Shown: positions 49,165 to 58,643, counted from the first letter of the stretch. The stretch: 64,000 nucleotides of DNA from an uncultured Opitutales bacterium (GCA_964405825.1 CAYOPI010000008.1:8309-72308), one strand, 5' to 3'. Notes: a model not told the origin generated them from the letters alone. Numbers and translations: made by a program.

Positions 49165-50232
49165 ATGAGCGCCTCGGCACCAACCAAACCCAGGCACGTG
49201 GCCATCGTCTGGCATGGGCTGCCGGCCTACGCCGCTCACCTCATCCGCGCGGCCCTCGACCGTCACGCCGGAGCGACGCAGATCGATCTCATCGGCACGC
49301 GCCCGTCCGTCCCCATCGAGGGCATGGAGGCGATTCTCGGGCGCCCGGTGCACTGGCTGGAGAGCGCCGATTCGCCGGCCGAATGGAAGCAGATGGGCCT
49401 GGAGGTTCCGCAGCTGCTCATCCACACCGGCTGGGCCTACCCGGCCTTCAACGCCCTGGCCGCCCAGGTGCGGGCCGGCGGCGGCAAGGTCGTCTCCATC
49501 GTCGACAACAACTACAAGGGCAACCTGCGGCAGTTCGTGGGCGCCTACGTCTACCGCTTCAAGTACCGCAGGCAGCACGACGCGGTGATGGTCCCCGGCT
49601 CGTCGGGACGCCGGCTGATGCGCTCCTTTGGCCAGCCCGACGACCGCATCTACGAAGGCGTTTACGGCGCCACGCCCAGGACCTTTTTCCCGGGGCCGCC
49701 GCTGAACGAGCGCCCGAAACAGTTCCTCTTTGTCGGCCAGATGATCGAACGCAAGGGCGTGGACCTGCTGGCCCAAGCCTTTGGCCAGTTCCACGAACGC
49801 CATCCCGAGTGGCAGCTGCATGCGTTCGGGCAGGGCCCGCTTTCAGGGCGTCTGGAAGGCCAGCCGGGCATCCACCTCGAGGACTTCCAGCAGCCTGCGC
49901 GCATTGCCGATGAGATGCGGCAGGCCCGCGCGCTGGTCCTGCCGAGCCTCGAGGATCACTGGCCGCTCGTCGTTCACGAGTCGGTCTGCTGCGGCTGCGC
50001 GCTGGCCTGCACGCAGACCATTGGTTCCACCCACGACTTCCTCAACTCGAAGAACGGCGTCACCTATCCGCCCGGCTCGTCCGCGGCCCTCCTTCAGGCG
50101 CTGGAGAAACTGGCCGGCTGGAGCGAGGCAGACTGGCGCGCCGCCGGCCAGGAGAGCCTCCGGCTGGCCCAGGGCTACGGCCCGGAGCGCTTCGCCAGCG
50201 TTTTCACCGAAATCGTTGAACGCTTCGCCTGA
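49165..50232 (+). CDS. Glycosyltransferase family 4 (GT-B)
   Basis: FLFVGQMIERKGVDLL, VLPSLEDHWPLVVHE. Confidence 0.9.
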   Translation: MSASAPTKPRHVAIVWHGLPAYAAHLIRAALDRHAGATQIDLIGTRPSVPIEGMEAILGRPVHWLESADSPAEWKQMGLEVPQLLIHTGWAYPAFNALAAQVRAGGGKVVSIVDNNYKGNLRQFVGAYVYRFKYRRQHDAVMVPGSSGRRLMRSFGQPDDRIYEGVYGATPRTFFPGPPLNERPKQFLFVGQMIERKGVDLLAQAFGQFHERHPEWQLHAFGQGPLSGRLEGQPGIHLEDFQQPARIADEMRQARALVLPSLEDHWPLVVHESVCCGCALACTQTIGSTHDFLNSKNGVTYPPGSSAALLQALEKLAGWSEADWRAAGQESLRLAQGYGPERFASVFTEIVERFA

Positions 50233-50257
50233 GCCGGAATCGGGCGATTACGTTGCC

Positions 50258-51391
50258 ATGGAGAACATCGCACACGTTGGCATTTCGCTGGTCCTGCACC
50301 CGCACCACGGCGGGCCCTACAAGACCGCGATGGACTTCCGCAATGCGCTGGGGGGGAAGGTCTACGGCTTCGCCCAGGAGCACACCACCGGCGAGACCTG
50401 CTCCAACGACCTGGTCGAGTTCATCCACACCTCCAACCTCTTTCGCATCTCGGGGACGGCGTATCGCGAGGCCCGTGAACGCATCGCCGCCGCCGGAGCC
50501 AGGGTGCTCTCCTGCCACTCACTCTTTCGTGACCACAACAACGTCACCCGCAAGCTCGCGCAGGACCTGGGCATCGCTTACTGGGTGATCCCGCATGGCA
50601 GCATGGACCCGTGGGTCTGGCAGCAGCAGCGCCTGCTCAAGCAGCTGTGGATGCGCGTGCACGGGCGCCGCTACTTCGCCGATGCCGCGCACGTCATCTG
50701 TGCCACCGAGCGCGAGCGCGACAAGGTGCGCGAACGCTACGACGGCCCGAACCTGCGGGTGGTTTACTGGCCGGTCGATCCGCTGGACACCTCCGGCCAG
50801 GACGAAGCCCGTGCCACCTTGCGCGAAGACCTCAAGGTCCCGCCGGAAACGCGTCTGCTCTTTTACTTCGGTCGCTATCACACCATGAAGAAGCCGCTGG
50901 AGACCGTGCAGGCCTTTCAGCGGGCCGAACTCTCCGAGCGCACCCATCTGGTGATGGCCGGCATCGACTACGACGTCACTCAGGCGCAGTTGGAGGCGGC
51001 TGCCCAGGGCAATCCGCAGATTCATGTGCTGCCGGCTGTGTACGACGAGGAGCGCCTGCGCCTGCTGATCGGCGTGGACGCCTACATCTCCCTTTCGCAC
51101 CGCGAGAACTTCAACTACACCGCCGCCGAATCCATGACCGGGGGCCAGGCGGTCATTCTCTCGCCCGGCAACGACCTGCAGCACTCCCTGCCGCGCGATC
51201 AACGCCTGGGGTGGCTGCTGGAGTCCAACGACCCCGAGGAGGCCCTGCAGGCCCTCAAGGCCTTCGATGCCGCCAGCGACGAAGAGGTGAGGACGATGGG
51301 CCAGCGGGCCCAGCAGTGGGCCCTGGACAAGCTCAGCTTCGCCAACTTCAAGCAGAACCTGCAGACTCTCTACACCGAAGCCACCGGGTAG
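50258..51391 (+). CDS. Glycosyltransferase family 4 (GT-B)
   Basis: IPHGSMDPW, YFGRYHTMK, SHRENFNYTAAESM. Confidence 0.9.
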   Translation: MENIAHVGISLVLHPHHGGPYKTAMDFRNALGGKVYGFAQEHTTGETCSNDLVEFIHTSNLFRISGTAYREARERIAAAGARVLSCHSLFRDHNNVTRKLAQDLGIAYWVIPHGSMDPWVWQQQRLLKQLWMRVHGRRYFADAAHVICATERERDKVRERYDGPNLRVVYWPVDPLDTSGQDEARATLREDLKVPPETRLLFYFGRYHTMKKPLETVQAFQRAELSERTHLVMAGIDYDVTQAQLEAAAQGNPQIHVLPAVYDEERLRLLIGVDAYISLSHRENFNYTAAESMTGGQAVILSPGNDLQHSLPRDQRLGWLLESNDPEEALQALKAFDAASDEEVRTMGQRAQQWALDKLSFANFKQNLQTLYTEATG

Positions 51392-51408
51392 GGCAGGGGC
51401 CGACGTCC

Positions 51409-52725
51409 TCAGGCGCGTCGATAGACCTCCAGGCCATTTAATACCGTTTGGTCTATAATTGTCTCGTAGTGTCCCCGGTCCTCCTTTCCCGACTGGACCA
51501 ACTCTGCCAGAACTATTTCTGCGTCAGCAGCTTGTGTTTTGGCTGTGGTATCGCAAACGAGGATAAACGAAGCTTCCATCTCCGGATTCAGATTGCCGGT
51601 TCGATCGCCAAGCCCCAACAGATCCGCACCGGCCCGAGTCGCACGGTAGAGGGCGCGCGTCCAGGTGGCCTCGTCGTTTCCGGCCTCCCCGTTCTGGGAG
51701 ACAAACGAACCCATGACGTCAAACATTGAGAGGTACGGACCCCCGCCGATGTCACTGGCCAGCGCCCACCGAATCCCCTCGGCATCGGCCCGGCGGAAAT
51801 CAAAGAGCCCCGAGCCCAGTCCGCGCTGGTCAATGGGTGCGTTGGAGGTCGGGCAATGCGTGATCGCCGTGTCGGTCTCGCGCAGCAGCGCCCACTCACT
51901 GTCCTCCAGGTGAAGGCAATGGCCCATCAGGGTACGGGGACCCAGCAGGCCGCAGCGGCGGTAGATTTCCGTATAGGTGTCTACGTCCTCGAAGCCCTCC
52001 AGACCGTGGTAGATTCCCAGCACCCAGGCGATCTCCTGGGGTGTCTCGTCGAGGTGGGTCTGAATCCAGCCGGCGTGAGCGTGCGCCAGCGCGGCTGCCT
52101 CGCGCATCAGTTCGGGGTGCGCCATCGGGGCAAAGCGCGGAGAAACGATGTAGCGCGCACCAAAGCGCTCCCGTAGCGCGCGCACACCTTCCAGCAATTC
52201 GGACGGGTCGCGGCAAAGGGTCTGCGGGCCGTGCATCGACATCAGCGCGTTGCCGATCCTGAAGTGCCCGCGTGCCTGTTCGAGGGCGATGGCAGCCGCT
52301 TCCGGATGGACCGAACTGTAGCAGGCTCCGCCGATGGTGCCGACGCAGAGGATGCGCTTCCAGAAAACCTCGGCCTCGGCGCGGGCGTAGGCGGGGTCGG
52401 CGAAGCGGGCTTCCTGCGGAAAGGTGTAGGAGTCCAGCCATTCCAGCAGCGACGTCTTGGGTGCCTCGCGCACGTGGTCCTGCACCCAGTGAAAGTGCGT
52501 GTCGAAGAAGCCGGGCAGCAGCCATTGCGTGCGGTGGTCCTGAACGTCCGTGTCCGGTCCTTCGTGGGTGGCGCGAATCGCCTTGGCCGGGCCCACGCCG
52601 AGGATGCGCGAGGGCTCACTTCCGTTCGGTCGGTTCCAGGCGAGGGCGCCTTCGGCAAAGCAGTCGCAGCGGGTGTCCGAGATCGGGTTGAGGACGCGGG
52701 CCAGGGTGATGACGTCGGCAGGCAC
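51409..52725 (-). CDS. guaD: Guanine deaminase (amidohydrolase superfamily)
   Basis: LPGFFDTHFHWVQ, LLEWLDSYTFPQEARF, SPRFAP, QTHLDE, HCPTSN..LGSG, SDIGGG. Start estimated at GTG 52725. Confidence 0.88.
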   Translation of the reverse strand: MPADVITLARVLNPISDTRCDCFAEGALAWNRPNGSEPSRILGVGPAKAIRATHEGPDTDVQDHRTQWLLPGFFDTHFHWVQDHVREAPKTSLLEWLDSYTFPQEARFADPAYARAEAEVFWKRILCVGTIGGACYSSVHPEAAAIALEQARGHFRIGNALMSMHGPQTLCRDPSELLEGVRALRERFGARYIVSPRFAPMAHPELMREAAALAHAHAGWIQTHLDETPQEIAWVLGIYHGLEGFEDVDTYTEIYRRCGLLGPRTLMGHCLHLEDSEWALLRETDTAITHCPTSNAPIDQRGLGSGLFDFRRADAEGIRWALASDIGGGPYLSMFDVMGSFVSQNGEAGNDEATWTRALYRATRAGADLLGLGDRTGNLNPEMEASFILVCDTTAKTQAADAEIVLAELVQSGKEDRGHYETIIDQTVLNGLEVYRRA

Positions 52726-52765
52726 GGCGGGACATCCGTACGCACTTCCGCGCCGATGCCAAGCC

Positions 52766-54058
52766 CTAGCTAAGCGTTGAAAGCTCGGCCGGGGCGGCGG
52801 CGGCCTGCGTTTGGGCCGGTTGCCGGGCCTGGTCGTAGACCGCCATGGCGGCGGCGGCGGGGTCGGGGTCCAGCGGCGTGAAACCGTGGCGGCGCAGGGC
52901 ACTGGCCAGCGCACTGAGCGTGACCAGAATGGCCTGCTCGCGGCAGTTGTAGCCCATCGTGCCGATGCGCCAGATCTTGCCGTGGAGCGGGCCGAAAGAG
53001 GTGCCGATCTCGATGCCGTAGCGGTGGAGCAGTTCGCTGCGGAGGGCTTCGCCATCGACGCCCTCGGGGATGTAGACCCCCACCACGTTGTTCATCTTCG
53101 AGGACAAGTCGCCGAAGAAACGCAGGCCGATGGCCTCCAGGCCCGCCATCATGGCACGCCCGCCCAAGTCGTGACGCGCGACGCAGTTGGCGATGCCTTC
53201 CTGTAAGGCGATGCGGGCACACTCGCGCGCGCAGTAAAGCATCGAGGTGGCCTCGGTGTGGTGGTTGAGGCGCTGCTGGCTCCAATAGGCCATGATCATG
53301 GACAGGTCCAGGTAGTTGGACTGGATCTTGGGCCCTTCGCCAGGGACGAAGCCCGCTGGGCGAATGCCTTCCTCGATGTGCCAGCGACGCTTGATGATGG
53401 AGGCGACCTTGTCATTGAGCGTGATGGGCGCCGAACCGGAGGGACCGCCGAGGCACTTCTGCAGGCCGCCGCTGACCACGTCCAGCTCCCAGGCGTCCAC
53501 GGGCAGGGCGTTGCCGACGATGGAGGCGGTGCAGTCCACGTAGCAGAGTGCGTCGTGTTCGTGGCAGATGCGTCCGAAGAAGTCCAGCGGCTGGTTCATC
53601 GTGGTGGAGGTGTCTCCCTGGCAGACCGCCACGAGTTTGGGCCGATGCTCCTTGAGGGCGGCCTCGAGGTCCTCGGGCGTGAAGACCTGCCCCCATTCCT
53701 TCTGGATGACCGTCACGTCGGCGCCGCAGCGCAAAGAAATCTCCTTCAAGAGCTGGCCAAAGCGCCCGAAGCTGGGCACCAGCACGCGTTCGCCGGGTTC
53801 AACCAGAGAGCAAATGGCCGCCTCGATGCCCGCGCGCGAGGTGCCGTCAATCAGGAAGGTCCAGCGGTTCTCGGTCTCGAAAACGCCGCGGTACAGCTCC
53901 ATGACCTCGTTCATCATCCCGGTGAAGGCCGGGTCGTACTGGCCCAGAAGCTGGGCCGACATCGCGCGCAGGACACGCGGGTCGGCGTTGATCGGGCCCG
54001 GGCCCATCAGGAGGCGCTCGGGTGGGTTCACTTGGTCAAAGGGTACAGACACGGCCAT
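52766..54058 (-). CDS. pucG: (S)-ureidoglycine--glyoxylate aminotransferase (class V PLP)
   Basis: LLMGPGP, GTSRAGIEA, GLQKCLGGPSG, NHHTEATSML, WRIGTMGYN; purine operon context. Confidence 0.9.
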   Translation of the reverse strand: MAVSVPFDQVNPPERLLMGPGPINADPRVLRAMSAQLLGQYDPAFTGMMNEVMELYRGVFETENRWTFLIDGTSRAGIEAAICSLVEPGERVLVPSFGRFGQLLKEISLRCGADVTVIQKEWGQVFTPEDLEAALKEHRPKLVAVCQGDTSTTMNQPLDFFGRICHEHDALCYVDCTASIVGNALPVDAWELDVVSGGLQKCLGGPSGSAPITLNDKVASIIKRRWHIEEGIRPAGFVPGEGPKIQSNYLDLSMIMAYWSQQRLNHHTEATSMLYCARECARIALQEGIANCVARHDLGGRAMMAGLEAIGLRFFGDLSSKMNNVVGVYIPEGVDGEALRSELLHRYGIEIGTSFGPLHGKIWRIGTMGYNCREQAILVTLSALASALRRHGFTPLDPDPAAAAMAVYDQARQPAQTQAAAAPAELSTLS

Positions 54059-54069
54059 TCACGGGTTCA

Positions 54070-54108
54070 GTTCAGTCATTGTACGCAGGCGCGTCGCGTT
54101 GACTGAAC
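54070..54108. promoter_or_regulatory. Inverted repeat upstream of pucG (putative operator or RNA hairpin)
   Basis: GTTCAGTCA (54070-54078), 21 nt, TGACTGAAC (54100-54108); TACAAT on the minus strand at 54083-54078. Confidence 0.5.
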
Positions 54109-54195
54109 AAAATTAACCACCGGGGCGTTTCCGCAAGGGCATGCCCGCGGTTTTTGCGACGGCTGAAGCAGGATCGATGCACCGGAGGGAAGGGT

Positions 54196-55545
54196 TCAGG
54201 CCGGGGTTCGGGGTTTGAGGAGGCATCCCGCAGGCTCGCCGACCCCCTCACCGTCCAGGGCGACCGTTGCTCCGCGCAGAAAAACGCGGCGGACCGCTCC
54301 GATCCTCATCCCCACATAAGGGGAGTGCGGATGCCTGTAAGCCAGGGACTCGCGCGTGATCGCCTCGGATGCCGACGGGTCATAGAGCAGGCAATCGGCA
54401 TCGGCGCCCACGGTCAGACCGGCCTTGCGATCGCTCAAGGAGAGCCGTTGGGCCGGGGCGGTCGCGGCGACCTCGGTCAGCCGCGGCAACGGACACAGGT
54501 CCCTGGCGAAATGGGCCTGCAGGAGCAGGGTCCAGGCATGTTGCAGGCCGGAAATCCCGCCCCAGGCCTGGCCAAAGCTCTCGACGTCCTTGAGGTCCCA
54601 GGGCGAGGGTGAGTGGTCGCTGCCGACGGTCTGAATGCGCCCGAGGCGGAGGCGTTCCCAGAGGGCCTCGCGAGCCTCCTTGTGGCGGATGGGGGGAGCG
54701 CACTTGGCCACGGGGCCCAGCTGCTCGACATCGTCGAGGGTCAGCGTGAGGTAATGGGTGCAGGTTTCGCAGGTGACATCGACGCCGTCTTGCTGATATT
54801 TCACTATCAAATCCAAGCCTTCCGGGCAACTGACGTGGACGATGTGGACCTTGCAGCCGGTTTCGCCCGCCAGGTCGAGCGCGCTGCGGATGGCCTCCAG
54901 CTCGGCTTCGCGGGGGCGCCCCGCCTCGAAGCCCGCCGGGGTGTCCGGATGACCACGGGCGGCCTCGCGGTCGAGCACCGAAGGGGCTTCGGCATGAATG
55001 GCCAGGGGCAGGCCGGTGCGGGCAATGGCCTGCATTCCGGCCTTCAGGACGGCCGCGTCGCTGTGGGCGAAGTCTTCGGTTCCGCTGGGTGACATGAAGG
55101 CCTTGAAGCCGATGACCCCGCCGCTGGCGAGGGCCTCGAGGTGGTCGAGGTTGTCCGGCACGAGGCCGCCCCAAAGGGCGAAGTCCACCCGCGACTGGCC
55201 TTCGGCGGCGGTCACCTTCCGGGTGAGGGCCTCGGGGGTGTTCGTCGGCGGGACGGCGTTGAGGGGCATTTCGACAACCGTGGTCACGCCCCCGAGGGCG
55301 GCTGCGCGGCTGCCGGTGTCCCAGCCTTCCCAATGCGTGCGCCCGGGCTCGTTGAAATGCACATGCGCGTCGACCATGCCGGGCAGGAGCCAGGCCCCCT
55401 GGCCGTCGATGACGTTGGCGGAGCCGGGCGGGTCACGGTCGTCGAGCGCGGCGAAGCGCCCCTGGGCCAGGCGCACGTTGACGGGTCCGGCACCGCCGGG
55501 CCGGCGGACGTTCGTGAGCAAGGTCTCCCTGGAGCTGGCGGCCAT
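54196..55545 (-). CDS. allB: Allantoinase
   Basis: DAHVHFNEPGRTHWEG, EMPLN, GFKAF, HAE, HIVH, KCAPPIR, SDHSP, WGGISGLQ. Confidence 0.95.
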   Translation of the reverse strand: MAASSRETLLTNVRRPGGAGPVNVRLAQGRFAALDDRDPPGSANVIDGQGAWLLPGMVDAHVHFNEPGRTHWEGWDTGSRAAALGGVTTVVEMPLNAVPPTNTPEALTRKVTAAEGQSRVDFALWGGLVPDNLDHLEALASGGVIGFKAFMSPSGTEDFAHSDAAVLKAGMQAIARTGLPLAIHAEAPSVLDREAARGHPDTPAGFEAGRPREAELEAIRSALDLAGETGCKVHIVHVSCPEGLDLIVKYQQDGVDVTCETCTHYLTLTLDDVEQLGPVAKCAPPIRHKEAREALWERLRLGRIQTVGSDHSPSPWDLKDVESFGQAWGGISGLQHAWTLLLQAHFARDLCPLPRLTEVAATAPAQRLSLSDRKAGLTVGADADCLLYDPSASEAITRESLAYRHPHSPYVGMRIGAVRRVFLRGATVALDGEGVGEPAGCLLKPRTPA

Positions 55546-55548
55546 CGC

Positions 55549-56790
55549 TCAGGAAACCGCGTTGGGCGAGAGCGCGCGGGCGGCTTCGAGCACGCCCTCG
55601 CGGAAGGCTTCGAAGGCAGCCTGCAGGTCAGCTGGTTCGACGTGTTCCTCCGGGCAGTGGCTGAGGCCCTCGCGGCAACGCACAAAGAGCATCCCCACCG
55701 GACAGGCCAGCGAGAGGGCGACGGCATCGTGTCCGGCACCACTGGGCAGCAGGGGCACGGAGGCCTGACGTTTCTCCAGGACGGTCTCGAAGGCCTCGCG
55801 CAGGCGCGGATCGCAGGCCACGGCGGGCTGGCTCTGGCGGAAGATCCACTCGGACTGCAGTTCGCGGCGCCTGGCGATCGCGCGGAAGTGTTCCTCCAGC
55901 CAGGAGAGGGCGCGTTCGAGTTCGGGTCCGACCGGGTGCCGGGCGTCCAATGAGCACTCGACCCGCCCGGGAATGACGTTGCTGGCCCCCGGGGTGATGG
56001 TCAGCTGGCCGACGGTGGCGCGCAGGTCGGGAAACTTCTGCGGGGCCTTTTCAACGAAGGCGAGCCATTCGACCGCGCCGGCGAGGGCGTCACGGCGCAG
56101 GTGCATCGGCACGGTGCCAGCATGCCCCGCCTGACCCTGCAGCGAGAGGGCAATCCGCGTCTGGGCGGCGATGGCGGTGACCACCCCGCAGGGCAGATCG
56201 CGCTCCTGAAGGACGGGCCCCTGCTCGATGTGCGCTTCGAGGTAGGCGGCCAGTGGCGGCCTTGGGCTGGCGATGACCAGCTCATCGGGATTGGTGCCCC
56301 ACTGTCGGAGAACTTCGGCGAGAGAGTGGCCGTCGGCGTCCCGAAGTTCGAGCCAGTCAGGCTGAAAGCTGCCGGCCACGTAGCTGCTGCCCAGGTAGGC
56401 GGTTTGAAAGCGCAGGCCTTCCTCGTCGGAAAAGCCCACGACCTCGGGCACGGGTCCGCCCAGGGCCGAGATCTCCTCGCCGACGGTTTCCAGCGCCTGC
56501 AGGGCCAGGAGGAAGCCCATTGCGCCGTCGAAGTGGCCGGCGTCACGCACCGTGTCCAGGTGAGAGCCCATCAGAAGGCGCGGCCGGGTATCCTCCGCAT
56601 CGGCGCGCAGGCGGATGAAGACGTTGCCCAGCGCGTCCCAGCGCAGGTGGAAACGCTCCGGGTCGAGCCAGCCCGCAATCGTCTCGTGACAGCGCCGCAA
56701 GGCCGGGGTGAGGAAGGCCCGGGTCAGCCCCGGACCATCGCTGATCGCCGCCAGTTCCCGCAGCCGGATCTCGAGGGTGGATTCGGACAT
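55549..56790 (-). CDS. allC: Allantoate amidohydrolase (M20 family)
   Basis: GSHLDTV..G.FDG, DEEG.RF, EAHIEQGPVL, GHAGTVPM, SGAGHDA, SHCPEE. Confidence 0.92.
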   Translation of the reverse strand: MSESTLEIRLRELAAISDGPGLTRAFLTPALRRCHETIAGWLDPERFHLRWDALGNVFIRLRADAEDTRPRLLMGSHLDTVRDAGHFDGAMGFLLALQALETVGEEISALGGPVPEVVGFSDEEGLRFQTAYLGSSYVAGSFQPDWLELRDADGHSLAEVLRQWGTNPDELVIASPRPPLAAYLEAHIEQGPVLQERDLPCGVVTAIAAQTRIALSLQGQAGHAGTVPMHLRRDALAGAVEWLAFVEKAPQKFPDLRATVGQLTITPGASNVIPGRVECSLDARHPVGPELERALSWLEEHFRAIARRRELQSEWIFRQSQPAVACDPRLREAFETVLEKRQASVPLLPSGAGHDAVALSLACPVGMLFVRCREGLSHCPEEHVEPADLQAAFEAFREGVLEAARALSPNAVS

Positions 56791-56798
56791 GGCCGGGG

Positions 56799-57143
56799 TC
56801 AGCTTCCGCGGTAGGTTGCGCAGGACCATGGCGACATGACCAGCGGCACATGGTAGCCATCGGCGGGCGCGGCGACGCCGAAGTCGAGTGTCACTACGTT
56901 GAGAAAGGGTGGGTCTGGCAGCGACACCCCCTGGGCCCGGAAGTAATCGGCCACCTGAAAGCGAAGGGCGTAGGTGCCGGGCTGGAAGGCGTCGCCCTCG
57001 AGGAGAGGACCGGCCCGGCCGTTGGCGTCGGTTTCGAAGGACTGGAGCACCGCGCCATCGCCGCCCAGCAGCTGGACCTGAACCGCGGCGGCGGGCTTGC
57101 CGTGATAGGTGTCGAGCACGTGGGTGGTGAGGGCGTTCTTCAT
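56799..57143 (-). CDS. uraH: 5-hydroxyisourate hydrolase (transthyretin-like)
   Basis: LTTHVLD..GKPA, YHVPL, C-terminal YRGS. Confidence 0.97.
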   Translation of the reverse strand: MKNALTTHVLDTYHGKPAAAVQVQLLGGDGAVLQSFETDANGRAGPLLEGDAFQPGTYALRFQVADYFRAQGVSLPDPPFLNVVTLDFGVAAPADGYHVPLVMSPWSCATYRGS

Positions 57144-57673
57144 TGCGTGGGGGCGATCAGACTGGCCAGACGGTGGGCGGCGATCCGCTTGACCTGGCGC
57201 AGCGCTTCGGGAAATTCCACCGCGGCAGTCGCCTTCACGCGAGCCCGCATTGACTCTAAAATGGCGTCGGTGGGGTAGTCCTTCACGCAGATGATGAAAG
57301 GAAAGCCGAACTGTGTGCGGTAGCGCTCATTGAGGGTGCGCATCTCAGAGAGCGTCTCGCGGGGGAGTGCGGCAAAACCGGCACCGGCCTGTTCCTGCTG
57401 GCTGAAGGCCTCCAGTTGCTCGAGCTGTTCGAGCTTCAGGCCAAGGTCGGGGTGGGCCTGGAGAACGGCCCGTTTGGCAGCGTCGTCGAGGTTCTCCAGC
57501 ACATCGGCAAATGCTTCCTGTAGGGCCTTGAGCGAGGCAAACGGGCGCTGCCGGGCGGCGGTTCGGGCGATTTCGGGCGTCTTTTCGACGACTGCGCCGA
57601 AAGCCGCGCCGAACTCGACCGGGCTCAGCGCGTTGGCCTGCTCCAGGGTGAGGGTGGGGGGCTCAGCCGACAT
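57140..57673 (-). CDS. uraD: OHCU decarboxylase
   Basis: RPF, AHPDLG, SQQEQAGAG, NERY..FGFPFIICV, IAAHRL. Confidence 0.93.
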   Translation of the reverse strand: MSAEPPTLTLEQANALSPVEFGAAFGAVVEKTPEIARTAARQRPFASLKALQEAFADVLENLDDAAKRAVLQAHPDLGLKLEQLEQLEAFSQQEQAGAGFAALPRETLSEMRTLNERYRTQFGFPFIICVKDYPTDAILESMRARVKATAAVEFPEALRQVKRIAAHRLASLIAPTQ

Positions 57674-58508
57674 CGCCGCGGGCGAAAGTGGCGGCGATGT
57701 CGCCATGCGGATCGCCCAAGGGGTAGAAGACCTCCTGCGGATTCTCCAGACCGAACTGCTCCAGCGGGCAGGGCAGGTAGTGGACGTTGGGCAGGCGCAG
57801 GTGAATCTCGGCGACTTCAGGCACGGCGGCGAAGGCGGCCTCGGCCATTTCGCCCATGGTGTGCTGGACGGACGGGCTGAAGTTCTCGGCGAAGACAGTC
57901 AGGGCGGCGTCCATCAGTTTGGACCGGGCGTCGGCCGGGTCGTTGGGGACGGTGGTGTAGCGCCACCGAGCAAGGATCCGGGTCGCCAGGACGCGGTCGG
58001 TCGTCGGGGGAAGGGTCGTGCGGTCGCACTGGTGGTAGTCGACGTAGGCCGAACCGGTGGGCTTGAGGATGGCGAAGTCGCGCACGCCCGCGTAAACCTT
58101 GGGCTCGGCGTCCCGCTCGGCCTCGATCCGGCAATAGGGAGTGCCGTTGCGCCGGGCGACGAAGGTGTGGGCGGTGTCCCCGAGGCGTTCCCATTCAAGC
58201 GACTCAACCTCGATGCGCAGCGCGTGCATGACCGCGTAGCGGCTGAAGAAATTCTCGCGCAGGGCCAGGGCAAAGGCCTCGGGAGTGTCCGGCGCGGCGG
58301 TCCTGGCCACGCACTGGATGTTGTTCTTGACGGTGTCGGTGGGAACGGTGGTGGAGTTGTCGCCGGCGAGAAAGGCGCAAGCGAACTCTCCCGAAGAGCG
58401 CACCGAGACCATGTACTCGGTCACGGTGCGGCGGTCGCCCCCGTCGTTGCGGGCGCGCAGGACCCCGACCCGTGACTTGCCGTAAAGGTGGTCTGTGAGG
58501 TTTGGCAT
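57663..58508 (-). CDS. pucL: Cofactor-independent urate oxidase (uricase)
   Basis: YGKSRV, GDNS..PTDTVKN, LKPTGS, SPSVQHT, LPNVHY, PHGDI. Confidence 0.93.
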   Translation of the reverse strand: MPNLTDHLYGKSRVGVLRARNDGGDRRTVTEYMVSVRSSGEFACAFLAGDNSTTVPTDTVKNNIQCVARTAAPDTPEAFALALRENFFSRYAVMHALRIEVESLEWERLGDTAHTFVARRNGTPYCRIEAERDAEPKVYAGVRDFAILKPTGSAYVDYHQCDRTTLPPTTDRVLATRILARWRYTTVPNDPADARSKLMDAALTVFAENFSPSVQHTMGEMAEAAFAAVPEVAEIHLRLPNVHYLPCPLEQFGLENPQEVFYPLGDPHGDIAATFARGDVG

Positions 58509-58643
58509 AGGAGGCCCGGGCGGGAGCATGATCCCGGCCAGAATGGCTTCCGTGGAGGCGCTGCGGATGCGTTCAGTCCCGGGTGCTGGCATGGAATCCG
58601 CTTCAGGCAAGCTGCAATCCCCGCCACACCCAACCCGCTACGT

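Noticed and set aside
49781-50257. Long N-terminal extensions on the GT4 ORFs (also glnS, hicB and DUF3450 in the ORF track)
   Set aside because: They overlap upstream genes or intergenic DNA; downstream ATGs match the family N-termini.
52726-53055. N-terminal extension making guaD 548 aa, suggesting a fusion or frameshift with pucG
   Set aside because: The extension overlaps the pucG 3' end in another frame and is low-complexity; both genes are complete without it.
54115-54156. Possible terminator hairpin after allB
   Set aside because: Stem pairing is imperfect and its orientation ambiguous; not supportable without folding calculations.
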